Below, piece after piece: positions 20,842 to 32,000 of a stretch of 32,000 nt of DNA. How positions within the stretch are numbered: the stretch's first letter is position 1; each line of letters starts with the position of its first letter. The stretch is from Candidatus Moranella endobia PCIT (GTDB lineage Bacteria > Pseudomonadota > Gammaproteobacteria > Enterobacterales > Enterobacteriaceae). The position numbers and the translations under genes are program-made. The DNA is taken from NCBI RefSeq assembly GCF_000219175.1, contig NC_015735.1, forward strand, positions 180,001 to 212,000. Direction: 5' to 3'. Below the pieces are notes generated by a model. That model ran no database searches. It had not been told where the DNA came from and was given only the letters and a program-made list of their open reading frames with translations.

Positions 20842-23469
20842 ATGAGTAAGAGCACAACGGAAATTCGTCAGGCGTTTATCGAGTTTTTCCATAGTAAAAA
20901 ACATCAGGTTGTTGCCAGTAGCTCTCTGATACCTGATAGGGATCCAACATTACTATTTACTAATGCCGGCATGAACCAGTTCAAAGATGTCTTTCTAGGC
21001 TTGGATAACCGTTCCTACCGTCGTGCCACTACATCTCAGCGCTGCGTGCGAGCTGGCGGTAAACACAATGATTTAGATAATGTCGGATACACGGCACGAC
21101 ACCATACTTTTTTTGAAATGCTAGGTAATTTTAGCTTCGGCGACTATTTCAAACATGATGCTATCAGGTTTGCTTGGGAGCTATTAACATGTAAGCAATG
21201 GTTTAATTTGCCCAAAGATAAGTTATGGGTGACGGTGTACGCTACCGATGATGAATCCTATAACATATGGGCAAACGAAGTGGGAATTCCAGCCGAGCGT
21301 ATTATTCGTATTGGCGATAATAAAGTTAGCCCATATATGTCAGATAATTTTTGGCAAATGGGAGATACTGGTCCCTGCGGCCCTTGCTCAGAAATATTCT
21401 ATGATCATGGTGAGCATCTACAGGGCAGCCCGCCGGGAAAAGCCGAGGAAAACGGCGATCGTTATATTGAGATCTGGAATTTGGTATTTATGCAATTTAA
21501 TCGCCAGACTGATGGTACATTGCTGCCGTTGCCAAAACCATCGGTGGACACCGGCATGGGTTTGGAGCGTATTGCAGCAATCTTGCAACATGTTAACTCG
21601 AACTATGATATCGACCTGTTCAAGAATCTTATTGATGCCGTGGCCCAGGTAGTCAGCACTAACGATCACGACAGTAAATCATTGAGAGTTATCGCCGACC
21701 ATATTCGCTCCAGCGCTTTCCTAGCAAGCGATGGCATCGTACCCTCTAACGAGGGTAGGGGTTATGTTTTGCGCCGAATTATACGCCGTGCGATTCGCCA
21801 CAGTAAAATGCTCGGTGCTAACGATGCATGTTTATATAAACTAGTGGCACCACTTATCAAGTGTATGGGTAGCACAGCAAGCCAACTGCAGACCAAACAA
21901 AAAATAGTAGAGCAAATATTACGCGCAGAGGAAGAGCACTTCGCTCGCACGCTTGAACGTGGTCTACAGCTACTAGAAAAAGAGCTGGCAAAAATTACTG
22001 GCGATGCTCTCGATGGAGACATTGCTTTCCGCCTATACGATACTTATGGTTTCCCACTAGATTTAACCACAGAAGTTTGTAGAGAACGCAACTTACGCAT
22101 CGATAAGAAGAATTTTGACAGTGCTATGGATAAACAGCGTAACCGTGCACACCAGGCGAGCTATTTCAGAGCTAACTATAAAAATATGCTACTAGTAGAC
22201 AAAACCACATGTTTCTGTGGCTATGAAAAACTTGAGCATCAGGGACGGGTGACTGAACTGTTCCATGATGGCAAATCTGTTGAAGTTATTAGTCAGGGTA
22301 TCCAGGCAGTAGTGGTGCTTGATGAAACACCATTCTATGGTGAATCTGGCGGACAAGTAGGCGACAGTGGCAAACTAAAATCTACCCAAGGGTTATTCAA
22401 TGTGGTAGATACACAAAAATACGGTAATGCTGTTGGCCACCTAGGTAAGCTGAACTACGGTGAACTAAAAATTGGCGCACAGGTAGTCGCACAGGTGGAT
22501 GGCCAGCGGCGTACCTGTATTGGACGGAATCATTCTGCTACCCATTTGCTGCATACGGCATTGCGTCAAGTGCTAGGCGAGCATATAAAGCAGAAAGGGT
22601 CTCTGGTTAACCATAAATGCCTAAGGTTTGATTTTTCTCACTATGAAGCTCTAAAACTAGAGCAGCTACGCATTATAGAAAATATTGTTAATGAGCAGAT
22701 ACGAAGCAATATGCCCATCAAAGCAGATATGATGTCGCTAGAGGAAGCTAGTAATAAAGGGGCTATTGCACTGTTTAACGAAAAATATGAAGCTACGGTC
22801 AGAGTGATAAACATGGGTTATTTCTCTACCGAACTATGTATTGGAACTCACGCTCGCCGTACTGGCGATATCGGCTTCTTCCGCATTATGTCGGAAGCCA
22901 GCATTGCTGCCGGTATCCGCCGGATCGAAGCAGTCACTGGTGAAGAAGCTATGGCTTCACTTCATCAGCAGAGTGATTTTTTACAGCATATTTCTAATAT
23001 ATTGCAGTGCGACAGCAAAATGATAGTAGAGAAAGTGCAAATAATTCAGGAGCGTTTACGCAAGTTAGAAAAAAAATTACAGCAATTGGAAAATCAGCAG
23101 GCGGCGCAGGCCAGCACCACCCTCAGTCGTAAAGTGCGCAACATCAACGGTGTAAAGGTTATGGTTGGCATAATAGACAATGTCACATCGAAAATCTTAC
23201 GCACAATTGTGGAAGATCTGAAGAACAAATTAGGGTCAGCAGTAATTGTTTTAGCAACTACCACAGATGGTAAAGCTATATTAATAGCCGGTGTTACAAC
23301 TAATTTGACCGATCGTATCAAAGCGTTTGATATTGTCAGTCATATTGCAAAACAGATTGGGGGAAAAGGCGGTGGCCGTCCTGATCTGGCACAGGCTGGC
23401 GGTAGCAATATTGCTGCTCTACCATCCGCGTTGACAAGCTTAGATGCAATTTTGGCAGCAAAACTATAA
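20842..23469 (+). CDS. alaS: Alanine--tRNA ligase
   Basis: 875 aa. [27 protein letters not shown], the editing-domain HSATHLLH and the C-terminal [14 protein letters not shown] are collinear with E. coli AlaRS. Confidence 0.97.
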   Translation: MSKSTTEIRQAFIEFFHSKKHQVVASSSLIPDRDPTLLFTNAGMNQFKDVFLGLDNRSYRRATTSQRCVRAGGKHNDLDNVGYTARHHTFFEMLGNFSFGDYFKHDAIRFAWELLTCKQWFNLPKDKLWVTVYATDDESYNIWANEVGIPAERIIRIGDNKVSPYMSDNFWQMGDTGPCGPCSEIFYDHGEHLQGSPPGKAEENGDRYIEIWNLVFMQFNRQTDGTLLPLPKPSVDTGMGLERIAAILQHVNSNYDIDLFKNLIDAVAQVVSTNDHDSKSLRVIADHIRSSAFLASDGIVPSNEGRGYVLRRIIRRAIRHSKMLGANDACLYKLVAPLIKCMGSTASQLQTKQKIVEQILRAEEEHFARTLERGLQLLEKELAKITGDALDGDIAFRLYDTYGFPLDLTTEVCRERNLRIDKKNFDSAMDKQRNRAHQASYFRANYKNMLLVDKTTCFCGYEKLEHQGRVTELFHDGKSVEVISQGIQAVVVLDETPFYGESGGQVGDSGKLKSTQGLFNVVDTQKYGNAVGHLGKLNYGELKIGAQVVAQVDGQRRTCIGRNHSATHLLHTALRQVLGEHIKQKGSLVNHKCLRFDFSHYEALKLEQLRIIENIVNEQIRSNMPIKADMMSLEEASNKGAIALFNEKYEATVRVINMGYFSTELCIGTHARRTGDIGFFRIMSEASIAAGIRRIEAVTGEEAMASLHQQSDFLQHISNILQCDSKMIVEKVQIIQERLRKLEKKLQQLENQQAAQASTTLSRKVRNINGVKVMVGIIDNVTSKILRTIVEDLKNKLGSAVIVLATTTDGKAILIAGVTTNLTDRIKAFDIVSHIAKQIGGKGGGRPDLAQAGGSNIAALPSALTSLDAILAAKL

Positions 23470-23676
23470 ATTAAAATAGATAATTTCAGAATAACTATAA
23501 CGTCTATGACTTAACAAACAAATTAGGATATTTTATTATTCTGTAGTTCAAACTAAATTTGGTGTAAAAATAGTTATTAAATAAAGTTTTACTAGATAAA
23601 CGCAAAGTTAAATATTATATATTGCATACATGATGCAGAAATCACTGAAAAGTAATTTTTACAACAGGAGCAAGGA

Positions 23677-23862
23677 ATGCTTATTCTTACTCGTCGAGTT
23701 GGTGAAAACCTTATAATTGGCGATAAGGTGACTGTAACTATTTTAGGTGTTAAAGGTAACCAAGTACGGATCGGTGTTAATGCTCCTAAAGAAGTTTCTG
23801 TGCACCGTGAAGAAATTTACCACAATATGCAGACTGAAAAGTTAAAACCAACTATTTATTAG
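23677..23862 (+). CDS. csrA: Carbon storage regulator
   Basis: 61 aa. [44 protein letters not shown] is essentially E. coli CsrA. The leader contains GGA motifs (caGGAgcaaGGAatg). Confidence 0.95.
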   Translation: MLILTRRVGENLIIGDKVTVTILGVKGNQVRIGVNAPKEVSVHREEIYHNMQTEKLKPTIY

Positions 23863-24167
23863 TCCGGTATATTTTAGATATTTTACCGTCTGCTGGTTTT
23901 CTACTATTGTGCAAAGATACTAAGGATAAAGCTTTACCATAGCCATAATGTGTTTACAGGCAGAATATATTAATTATTAATAGATATTAATACATTCTAA
24001 TTGGGATTAACGATATGCAACTACTACCTATAACTAGTAGAAGTTGGTGACTTTAAGATAGATAAATATATTTTGTCCGTTGATTATCAACGTTCACTAC
24101 GACTTACTAATAATAAAGTAAATATTTACCTGTGATTGCTCCTTTAACTTAAGTAATAGATTATTTT

Positions 24168-25574
24168 ATGACTGTAATTACTGTAGCCGATGTATTGCAA
24201 GGGCACATGCCAACTAACAGTAAAGTAACGATCAATGGTTGGGTGCGTACCAGAAGAGATTCCAAAGCTGGTATCTCATTTATTGACGTATATGATGGTT
24301 CATGTTTTGCGCCATTGCAAACTGTTATTGACAGTAGTTTACCAAATTATCAGCACGATATTTTGCGACTCACTACCGGTTGCTCCGTATCAGTTACCGG
24401 ACGAATAGCAGTAACATTAAGTAGGAGTAAGCATAAGCATTACGAAATACAAGCACAGGAAGTTGAAATACTAGGCTGGGTTGATGATCCAGACACCTAT
24501 CCTATGTCAGCTAAGCGCCATAGTTTGGAATATCTACGCGAAGTGGCCCATCTTCGGCCGCGTACTAATTTAATTGGGGCAGTAGCACGGATACGCCACA
24601 TACTAGCTCAGGCCATACACCGTTTTATGGACGAACAGGGATTTTTCTGGGTATCAACACCGTTGATTACCTCCTCAGATACCGAAGGTGCCGGCGAAAT
24701 GTTTCGCGTTTCTACCCTAGATCTAGAAAATTTACAGTTTACGGCCGATGGTAAAGTAAATTACGCTAAAGATTTCTTTGGTAAAGAAGCATTTTTAACT
24801 GTTTCCGGTCAGTTAAACGGTGAAATTTACGCCTGTGCCCTATCTAAAATATATACTTTTGGTCCGGTATTTCGCGCTGAAAATTCTAATACTAGCCGAC
24901 ACCTCGCAGAATTCTGGATGGTAGAGCCAGAAGTAGCGTTTGCCACCTTGGAGGATGCTGCTAGCTTAGCTGAAACGATGCTTAAGTATGTTTTTCAGGT
25001 AGTATTGAACGAGAGTGCCGAAGATATGCAGTTTTTTGCCGAGCGGGTTAATCAAGAAGCAATAAATCGTCTACAAAACTTTATTTGTGCAGATTTTGCG
25101 CAAATTGAATATACGGAAGCTATAAATGTTCTTCAAAAATGTGGGCAAACATTTAAAAATCAGGTTTTTTGGGGAATGGACTTATCTGCGGAACATGAAA
25201 GATTCTTGGCAGAAAAATATTTCAAAGTACCAGTAGCAGTTAAGAATTATCCTAAACATCTGAAATCGTTCTACATGCGAATGAATGACGATGGTAAAAC
25301 AGTAGCAGCAATGGATGTTCTAGCACCTGGCATTGGTGAAATAATTGGTGGTTCACAGCGTGAAGAACGCTTGGACAGGTTAGATATGCGTTTGGAAGAA
25401 ATGGGCCTCAATAAAGAAAATTACTGGTGGTATCGTGATTTACGCCGCTATGGAACCGTACCACATGCAGGTTTTGGATTAGGGTTCGAGAGATTAATCA
25501 GTTATGTTACAGGAATACAAAATATTCGTGATGTAATACCCTTCCCCCGAAGTGCACGCCATGTGAATTTCTGA
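24168..25574 (+). CDS. asnS: Asparagine--tRNA ligase
   Basis: 468 aa. [52 protein letters not shown] and [10 protein letters not shown] are collinear with E. coli AsnRS. Confidence 0.97.
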   Translation: MTVITVADVLQGHMPTNSKVTINGWVRTRRDSKAGISFIDVYDGSCFAPLQTVIDSSLPNYQHDILRLTTGCSVSVTGRIAVTLSRSKHKHYEIQAQEVEILGWVDDPDTYPMSAKRHSLEYLREVAHLRPRTNLIGAVARIRHILAQAIHRFMDEQGFFWVSTPLITSSDTEGAGEMFRVSTLDLENLQFTADGKVNYAKDFFGKEAFLTVSGQLNGEIYACALSKIYTFGPVFRAENSNTSRHLAEFWMVEPEVAFATLEDAASLAETMLKYVFQVVLNESAEDMQFFAERVNQEAINRLQNFICADFAQIEYTEAINVLQKCGQTFKNQVFWGMDLSAEHERFLAEKYFKVPVAVKNYPKHLKSFYMRMNDDGKTVAAMDVLAPGIGEIIGGSQREERLDRLDMRLEEMGLNKENYWWYRDLRRYGTVPHAGFGLGFERLISYVTGIQNIRDVIPFPRSARHVNF

Positions 25575-25825
25575 ATGACAGTATTTAAGCAAATTTGGTC
25601 ATTTGCAGGCGTATAATGTTTCTAGTATTTACATAATATTTAATTAAATAGTTAGTTAAAATTAAACAATTGGTAAATATACGATAATCTATTCTAGTAT
25701 GTGATAGGCTGTAGATGTAGTTTATAGATATTTTATGGTAATTTCACGGTCGATATTATATAAATGTTAAGTATATACATACCATGTAATGTATTATTAG
25801 AATTAGAAATTCATGGTGATTAAAA

Positions 25826-26911
25826 ATGAACAAGGTTTTTAATTTTAGCTCTGGTCCGGCAATGCTTCCGGCGGAAGTATTATCACAAGCACAGCAAGAA
25901 TTGTGTAATTGGCATGGGCTAGGAACATCAGTTATGGAAATCAGCCATCGTAGTAAAGAATTTCTCGAAGTAGTACAAACTTCTGAACGTGACTTACGTG
26001 AATTGCTGAACATTCCAAAAAATTATAAAGTGCTGTTTTGCCATGGTGGCGCGCGCGCGCAATTCGCCGCGGTGCCTATGAATCTGTTAGGCAATCATGT
26101 CCGTGCCGATTATATTGATGGTGGTTATTGGTCGCATAGCGCGTTCACAGAAGCGCAGAAATATTGCAATCCGCGGATTATCAATGTTACCTACGAAAGA
26201 GACGGTTTGCTTGCAATTAAACCAATGTGTGAATGGGCTTTATCTTCCGATAGTGCTTATGTACACTATTGCCCGAATGAAACTATTGATGGTTTGGCTA
26301 TAGATGAGCTACCTGATTTCGGTGAAAGAATAGTCGTAGCAGATTTTTCCTCAACAATTTTATCTAACTCGCTAGAAGTAAGCCGCTTTGGGGTAATTTA
26401 TGCCGGCGCACAAAAAAACATTGGTCCGGCCGGGTTAACATTAGTCATTGTTCGTGAAGATTTATTAGGTAACGCGAGCAAAGCGCTGCCGTCTATTCTA
26501 GATTACAGCGTGCTTGCAAAAAACGATTCAATGTTCAATACCCCACCGACATTTGCTTGGTATCTTTCAGGGCTGGTATTCAAATGGTTAAAAAAGCAGG
26601 GTGGGCTGGAGGAAATGGGTAAACGTAATCAGGCTAAAGCTGCCCTACTGTACCGCACTATCGATGAGAGTGATTTTTACCAAAATACCATTGCTACGTC
26701 CAACCGTTCGCGTGTAAATGTGCCGTTTAAACTAGAGAACAATAAACTTGAAGCGCTGTTTTTGCAGCAATCTCAGACCGCCGGTCTTTATGCACTGAAA
26801 GGACACCGTTTAGTGGGCGGCATGCGAGCATCATTGTATAATGCCATGCCGTTAGAAGGTGTACAAACTCTGGTAGATTTTATGCTCGAATTTATTCGCT
26901 GTTATGGGTAA
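25826..26911 (+). CDS. serC: Phosphoserine aminotransferase
   Basis: 361 aa. [38 protein letters not shown] and [15 protein letters not shown] are collinear with E. coli SerC. Confidence 0.95.
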   Translation: MNKVFNFSSGPAMLPAEVLSQAQQELCNWHGLGTSVMEISHRSKEFLEVVQTSERDLRELLNIPKNYKVLFCHGGARAQFAAVPMNLLGNHVRADYIDGGYWSHSAFTEAQKYCNPRIINVTYERDGLLAIKPMCEWALSSDSAYVHYCPNETIDGLAIDELPDFGERIVVADFSSTILSNSLEVSRFGVIYAGAQKNIGPAGLTLVIVREDLLGNASKALPSILDYSVLAKNDSMFNTPPTFAWYLSGLVFKWLKKQGGLEEMGKRNQAKAALLYRTIDESDFYQNTIATSNRSRVNVPFKLENNKLEALFLQQSQTAGLYALKGHRLVGGMRASLYNAMPLEGVQTLVDFMLEFIRCYG

Positions 26912-26959
26912 CCTATCTGCTTACAATTTTGTAGAGTGTATATATATAATATAAATACT

Positions 26960-27300
26960 ACTACCAGATCATTTTTGGCTCGGTTACGGGCGCTATTTCA
27001 TCATCCTTAATCCAAGCGCTTACAGGGACAAAGTATTAGCAGATGTCAGCCAGGATATCTGCCATTGGGTACGGTCGTTCCTGATGCCTTAGGTTTCAAT
27101 TATGTTTAACACGGGCTTAAACAGCAGAAATAGCATACCGACGAGTGTATGCAACAGTTGCAGTAATATGGCTTTAGTGTTAGCTTTGGATGCATTTGAT
27201 CGGAGATCAAAGAACATAACAATCATGATCAAAAGCGAGTATCAATTATCCTAACTAACTATTGATGAAGTTATAGTAAAATTTTTGGCGTCTACCAGGC
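26960..27300 (+). pseudogene. cmk: Cytidylate kinase remnant (C-terminal half, with stops, frameshifts and small deletions)
   Basis: Three stretches match E. coli Cmk. SFLARLRALF matches AFPRVREALL. CQPGYLPLGTVVPDALGF matches [55 protein letters not shown] matches [32 protein letters not shown]. The position immediately upstream of rpsA is syntenic. Confidence 0.6.
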
Positions 27301-27428
27301 AAATTCTGGTGCTATTGTAATAAATAATTACCTCGCCGCGAGGAAAGGCAGCGGGCGTGTATAATAACCCCATCGAGCAGGATGCCTGATGTACGTTAAT
27401 AATCAAAAAATTTTAAAGATTATCAAAT

Positions 27429-29099
27429 ATGACCGAATCTTTTGCTCAACTATTTGAAGAATTTCTAAAAACCATTGAAACCCGTCCTGGGGCCATCATT
27501 CGCGGTACCGTTGTCTCAATTGCGAAAGACGTAGTTATAGTTGACGCTGGCCTAAAATCCGAATCCACTATTCCTATTGAGCAATTCCGCAATACTCTGG
27601 GTGAGCTGGAAATAAAAGTCGGCGATTATGTTGACGTCGCACTGGATGCAGTCGAAGATGGTTTCGGCGAAACGCTATTGTCCCGTGAAAAAGCCAAACG
27701 CTATGAATCCTGGTTGATGCTGGAAAAAGCGTACGAACAAGCTGCCACCGTGATTGGTATCATTAACGGAAAAGTCAAAGGTGGGTTTACCGTAGAAATA
27801 AACGGTATCCGTGCTTTTTTGCCTGGTTCGCTGGTCGACGTACGTCCGGTACGTGATACTCTGCATTTAGAAGGAAAAGATCTTGAGTTTCAAGTCATCA
27901 AGCTTGATCAGAAACGTAATAACGTTGTGGTTTCCCGTCGTGCAGTTATCGAATCTGAAAGTAGCACTGATCGTGATCAGTTGCTTAGCAACCTGCAGGA
28001 AAGCATAACAGTCAAAGGAATCGTAAAAAATCTTACCGACTACGGCGCATTTATTGATCTTGGTGGTGTTGATGGTTTATTGCACATTACCGATATGGCT
28101 TGGAAGCGCGTGAAGCATCCGAGCGAAATAGTGCATATTGGCGAAGAAATAACTGTAAAAGTACTAAAATTTGATCGTGAGCGTACTCGTGTATCCCTTG
28201 GTTTAAAACAACTCAGTGAAGATCCATGGATCGCTATCGCGAAACGTTATCCGGAAGGAATACGATTGATTGGAAAAGTAACTAACCTGACCGAATACGG
28301 CTGCTTCGTTGAAATCGTAGAAGGGGTTGAAGGCTTAGTGCACGTATCAGAAATGGATTGGACCAATAAAAATATTCATCCATCAAAAGTTGTTAACGTG
28401 GGGAAGATGGTGGAAGTAATCGTTCTAGATGTCGACGAAGAACGTCGTCGAATATCACTAGGCATGAAACAGTGCAAAGGCAACCCTTGGCAGAAGTTTG
28501 CTGAAACCTATAAAAAGGGCGACCGTGTAGAGGGTAAAATTAAGTCAATTACCGACTTTGGTGTTTTCATTGGCCTTGATGGTGGTATTGATGGTCTAGT
28601 TCATTCATCTGATATCGCCTGGAATGTAATAGGCGAAGAAGCCGTGAGAGAATACAAGAAGGGTGACGAAATTACTGCAGTAGTTTTACAAGTTGATGCT
28701 GGGCGCGAACGTATTTCTTTGGGAATAAAACAGCTAGTAGAAGATCCATTAAATCACTATCTCTTGTTACATAAAAAAGGCACTATTATTAACGGTACCG
28801 TTACAGCAGTTGACTCAAAAGGTGCAACAGTGGAATTAGTAGGTGGCATAGAAGGGTATCTACCATCTTCTGAAGCTTCGCGTAACCATTTAAATGCTAT
28901 GCTTCTACCGAGTGTCGGCGAAGCTATAGAAGCTATATGCACCAGTATTGATCGCAAAAACCGCGTGGTAAGCTTATCAGTTCGTGCCAAGGAAGAGTCG
29001 GCAAAAAAAGATATAAGTAACTTAAACAACAAACTAGCAGAAGGTAACTTATCCAATGCTATGGCTGAAGCATTTAAAGCTGCAAGCAAGGGTGATTAA
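27429..29099 (+). CDS. rpsA: 30S ribosomal protein S1
   Basis: 556 aa with six S1 repeats. [11 protein letters not shown]...RPG.I..G.VV is collinear with E. coli S1. It lacks a canonical SD, as E. coli rpsA does. Confidence 0.97.
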   Translation: MTESFAQLFEEFLKTIETRPGAIIRGTVVSIAKDVVIVDAGLKSESTIPIEQFRNTLGELEIKVGDYVDVALDAVEDGFGETLLSREKAKRYESWLMLEKAYEQAATVIGIINGKVKGGFTVEINGIRAFLPGSLVDVRPVRDTLHLEGKDLEFQVIKLDQKRNNVVVSRRAVIESESSTDRDQLLSNLQESITVKGIVKNLTDYGAFIDLGGVDGLLHITDMAWKRVKHPSEIVHIGEEITVKVLKFDRERTRVSLGLKQLSEDPWIAIAKRYPEGIRLIGKVTNLTEYGCFVEIVEGVEGLVHVSEMDWTNKNIHPSKVVNVGKMVEVIVLDVDEERRRISLGMKQCKGNPWQKFAETYKKGDRVEGKIKSITDFGVFIGLDGGIDGLVHSSDIAWNVIGEEAVREYKKGDEITAVVLQVDAGRERISLGIKQLVEDPLNHYLLLHKKGTIINGTVTAVDSKGATVELVGGIEGYLPSSEASRNHLNAMLLPSVGEAIEAICTSIDRKNRVVSLSVRAKEESAKKDISNLNNKLAEGNLSNAMAEAFKAASKGD

Positions 29100-29299
29100 T
29101 AACAACAGTTGAATAGAGGTAACTATGTTCCCGAGGAAATTTCGACAATGACTTATGTTAATATTGGAACATGATAGCATGGGGCCTAGGTAAATCTACA
29201 TGCTTCATACAATAATACCCAATACCAGTATTTAGCACTTTGCTTTAACAAATTAGCATAATAAGATCAATCAGCAACAGTTATTTTACAGGATAAAAT

Positions 29300-29902
29300 A
29301 TGGTTCTAGTAACTCGTCAAGCCCCCGACTTTACCACTGCCGCTGTGCTCAGCACGGGTGAAATCGTTAATCAGTTCAATCTGCGATCATATATCAAGGA
29401 TAAAACAGCAGTTATTTTTTTCTGGCCGATGGATTTTACGTTTGTTTGCCCATCAGAATTGATTGCGTTTGACAAACGCTATGCAGCATTCCAAAAACGT
29501 GGAGTAAAAATTATCGGTGTATCTTTTGACTCAGAGTTTGTACACCACTACTGGCGGCAGATACCAACCGAAAAAGGTGGCATTGGACCAGTAAAATACC
29601 CAATGGTAGCTGACATCAAACGTGAAATTATTAAAGCATACGGCATTGAACATCCTGATACCGGTGTTGCGCTACGTGGTTCGTTCCTAATCGATAAAAA
29701 AGGAATTATCCGCCATCAGTTGGTTAATGACTTGCCATTTGGCCGTAATATTGACGAGATGATTAGAATGGTTGACGCTTTACAATTCTATGAAGAAAAA
29801 GGCGAGGTATGTCCGGCACAGTGGACAAATGGCCAAGAAGGGATGGAAGCTTCACCTACAGGTGTTGCCAAATATTTGGCAGCAAATATCACTAAGTTGT
29901 GA
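29300..29902 (+). CDS. Typical 2-Cys peroxiredoxin (AhpC/TsaA family, 200-aa type)
   Basis: The peroxidatic Cys lies in FFWPMDFTFVCPSE and the resolving Cys in EVCPAQW. AGGA lies 6 nt upstream of the ATG. I cannot tell whether the partner is AhpF or thioredoxin. Confidence 0.9.
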   Translation: MVLVTRQAPDFTTAAVLSTGEIVNQFNLRSYIKDKTAVIFFWPMDFTFVCPSELIAFDKRYAAFQKRGVKIIGVSFDSEFVHHYWRQIPTEKGGIGPVKYPMVADIKREIIKAYGIEHPDTGVALRGSFLIDKKGIIRHQLVNDLPFGRNIDEMIRMVDALQFYEEKGEVCPAQWTNGQEGMEASPTGVAKYLAANITKL

Positions 29903-29969
29903 TTAGATTAAGCTGTTAGTGATAATATTTTTTTGTATTGTTTTGTAAATAGTTAATTGTATTCATGAG

Positions 29970-31079
29970 TTAGTTAATAGTTAATTGGCGCAGCATACGT
30001 CGTAATGGTTCTGCTGCGCCCCACAATAGCTGGTCGCCAACGGTAAAAGCCGAAATATACTTAGGTCCCATATTTAATTTTCGTAACCTGCCTACTGGCG
30101 TTTTTAATGTTCCTGTTACTGCAGCTGGCGTTAATTCTCGCATAGACAATTCACGGTCGTTAGGCACTACTTTCACCCAGTCATTATGGTTTGCAAGTAA
30201 TTGTTCGATTACTGCCAATGGAATATCCTGCTTTAGTTTCAGCGTAAATGCTTGGCTATGGCAGCGTAGAGATCCTATACGTACGCATAATCCATCTACC
30301 GGAATTGCCTGACTGATATTAAGAATTTTGTTGGTTTCCGCCTGGCCTTTCCATTCTTCACGACTCTGACCATTTTCTAGCTGCTTATCTATCCAAGGTA
30401 TTAAGCTACCAGCAAGAGGTACACAAAAATTATCAATCGGCAGGGTACCGCTGCGGGTCAATTCGGTAACTCGACGCTCGATATCCAGAATAGCCGATAC
30501 TGAATTCTGTAGTGGTTTAGCTACCACATCGTACAATTGCCCCATTTGTAACAATAGTTCACGCATATGGCGGGCGCCACCGCCTGATGCTGCCTGATAG
30601 GTGGCAACTGATACCCATTCAACCAAATTATTGACGAACAAACCACCCAGTGACATAAGCATTAGGCTCACGGTGCAGTTACCGCCGACAAAATTTTTAA
30701 TGCCACGATCCAAACCCTGTTGTATCACTTGCTGGTTGATTGGATCTAGGATAATAACCGCGTCATCGCTCATACGCAACGTTGATGCCGCATCTATCCA
30801 ATATCCTTGCCAGCCGCTTTTACGCAACCGTGGATGGATTTCGTTGGTATAACTACCTCCCTGGCAGGTAACAATAATATCTAGCGCACTTAGCGCCGCT
30901 ATATCCTTGGCATTCTGTAATATACCTTGCTTACCATTGACAAGCGGAGCTAGCTGACCACTTTGGGAGGTAGAAAAAAAGACTGGTTGAATAGCGACAA
31001 AATCTTGCTCTTCATGCATGCGTTGCATTAACACTGAACCAACCATACCGCGCCAGCCAATAAAACCAACCTTTTTCAT
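29970..31079 (-). CDS. asd: Aspartate-semialdehyde dehydrogenase
   Basis: 369 aa. [52 protein letters not shown] and CHSQAF are collinear with E. coli Asd. Confidence 0.97.
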   Translation of the reverse strand: MKKVGFIGWRGMVGSVLMQRMHEEQDFVAIQPVFFSTSQSGQLAPLVNGKQGILQNAKDIAALSALDIIVTCQGGSYTNEIHPRLRKSGWQGYWIDAASTLRMSDDAVIILDPINQQVIQQGLDRGIKNFVGGNCTVSLMLMSLGGLFVNNLVEWVSVATYQAASGGGARHMRELLLQMGQLYDVVAKPLQNSVSAILDIERRVTELTRSGTLPIDNFCVPLAGSLIPWIDKQLENGQSREEWKGQAETNKILNISQAIPVDGLCVRIGSLRCHSQAFTLKLKQDIPLAVIEQLLANHNDWVKVVPNDRELSMRELTPAAVTGTLKTPVGRLRKLNMGPKYISAFTVGDQLLWGAAEPLRRMLRQLTIN

Positions 31080-31357
31080 AGTTAAATATCCAATCTTAGA
31101 AGTTGCAAATGATTACGTTACTGCTTAGTAAAATTAGCCATTAAACTATATAATAGAGTAAATAAATGTTACAAGTGAAAGTTTTCGTCATTTTAAATCT
31201 TTTTAAGACATTGTTATGCTCGAAAGTTATAGTGTGTCCCCGTCACTACTACTGGCATAGACGTCATAAATGAGTTAGTCAGATGATATATGTCTGTATT
31301 TCTGTGCTAAAATAGCTGTAGCAGAATCATCCACCATTTATCATTCTCCAGTTAATA

Positions 31358-31391
31358 CTGATAGCATTGCTCTTAAGAGCAATGCTATCAG
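31358..31391. repeat. Perfect 34-bp palindrome (17+17, no spacer)
   Basis: ctgatagcattgctctt|aagagcaatgctatcag. Every position pairs and the centre is CTTAAG. Neither side has a U-tract. Confidence 0.9.
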
Positions 31392-32000
31392 CCTGCAAAC
31401 TAAAAACCATATTGAAAGAATGTCATACGTTAATTACGATATGATAATAATTAGTTTAGAAAAAATTCACCTGTGATGAATAAGGTACTTGCAGTTCAGC
31501 TATTTATATTTATTTGCTCACTGAACTGTAATGTAAATAAGGTCACAATGTCTTGTCTATGATAACTAAACAATACATAAACTAGCCAGGTGCATGCTAC
31601 TCTAATCCTGGTTTATAATGTGCGCACCAATATACTGCTAGCTAATCGCTGGTAACAAAACTCATCCTATCATTAGTAAAGTGTTGCTACTAAATAATCT
31701 TCAGACTATAAAGTTACTGATGAAGCGTTACCGGTTATAGTGAAACTAAGCTGCATAGGAGTCATTATTAACTATGAATTTAAGCTGCATTCGATTGGTA
31801 GTAGGCATAATTATTAGTGTAATAACCATGTATTACGGTTATCGTCTACTTGATAAGTAACAAGATTTTGCCAAGAGCATAGTCAACTATACCAATCTTA
31901 CTAAGAGCTAACAAGTAATATAACTACTGGCTAAAATAGCCCATGCTTAAAGTAATTTAGAGCAGTAAATCACAAATAACTACAATCAAATTGTCTAGCT

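Noticed and set aside
23863-24167. Expected tRNA cluster (serV-argV...) downstream of csrA, and the 15-bp palindrome cgttgattatcaacg (24068-24082)
   Set aside because: I could find no cloverleaf-compatible sequence. The palindrome is short and AT-rich, with no supporting context.
26977-27090. Initial reading of this stretch as an aroA N-terminal relic (GS..S...ALTGTKVLADV..DI.H)
   Set aside because: The same DNA in the adjacent frames matches Cmk much better and contiguously (RLRALF, PG...GTVVPDA, then [10 protein letters not shown].F....EIKE). aroA therefore appears fully deleted.
31619-31650. dif-like XerC arm (minus strand GGTGCGCAcat)
   Set aside because: Only the first 8 nt match GGTGCGCATAA. 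The central region and the XerD arm do not match, and an 8-mer hit is expected by chance in 64 kb of two-strand sequence.
31774-31860. Similarity of the 28-aa ORF to the TisB toxin (both start MNL and are about 29 aa)
   Set aside because: Beyond the first three residues there is no convincing identity, there is no LexA box, and the locus is not syntenic with istR-tisB. It is kept only as a low-interest generic small-ORF observation.

Overview
The window is a housekeeping stretch from a gammaproteobacterial (Enterobacterales-like) genome that looks host-restricted and is undergoing reductive evolution. It uses the standard genetic code: tRNA-Trp has anticodon CCA and TGA serves as a stop. About 74% of the window is coding by my coordinates. 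The spacers are long and AT-rich, and several still translate into stop-ridden remains of the genes that flank these loci in E. coli. Intact genes, in order: rne (5' end cut by the window edge), manZYX (-), yoaH, dsbB, minC, minD, minE, tsaB (-), bamD, pitA, rplY (-), tRNA-Trp, rmuC (-), ligA, recA, alaS, csrA, asnS, serC, rpsA, a 2-Cys peroxiredoxin, and asd (-). Clear pseudogenes are thiD, a thiM stub and a cmk remnant. I found no CRISPR array, IS or transposase, integrase, prophage, toxin-antitoxin pair or defence-island signature. I therefore do not claim a new multi-gene system here. Seven oddities stand out. (1) An rrn-P1-type promoter and boxA-like leader run straight into an orphan tRNA-Trp with no rRNA genes between them (a ghost rRNA operon). 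(2) A 318-bp non-coding insert separates minD from minE. (3) A perfect 34-bp palindrome sits in a gene-free tract upstream of asd. (4) The BamD lipobox reads L-A-D-C. (5) The RNase E scaffold is truncated and Q/N-rich. (6) The recA operator has swapped half-sites and recX is absent. (7) A cmk ghost is retained upstream of rpsA after loss of aroA. All homology calls come from my recollection of E. coli protein and leader sequences and need alignment to confirm.
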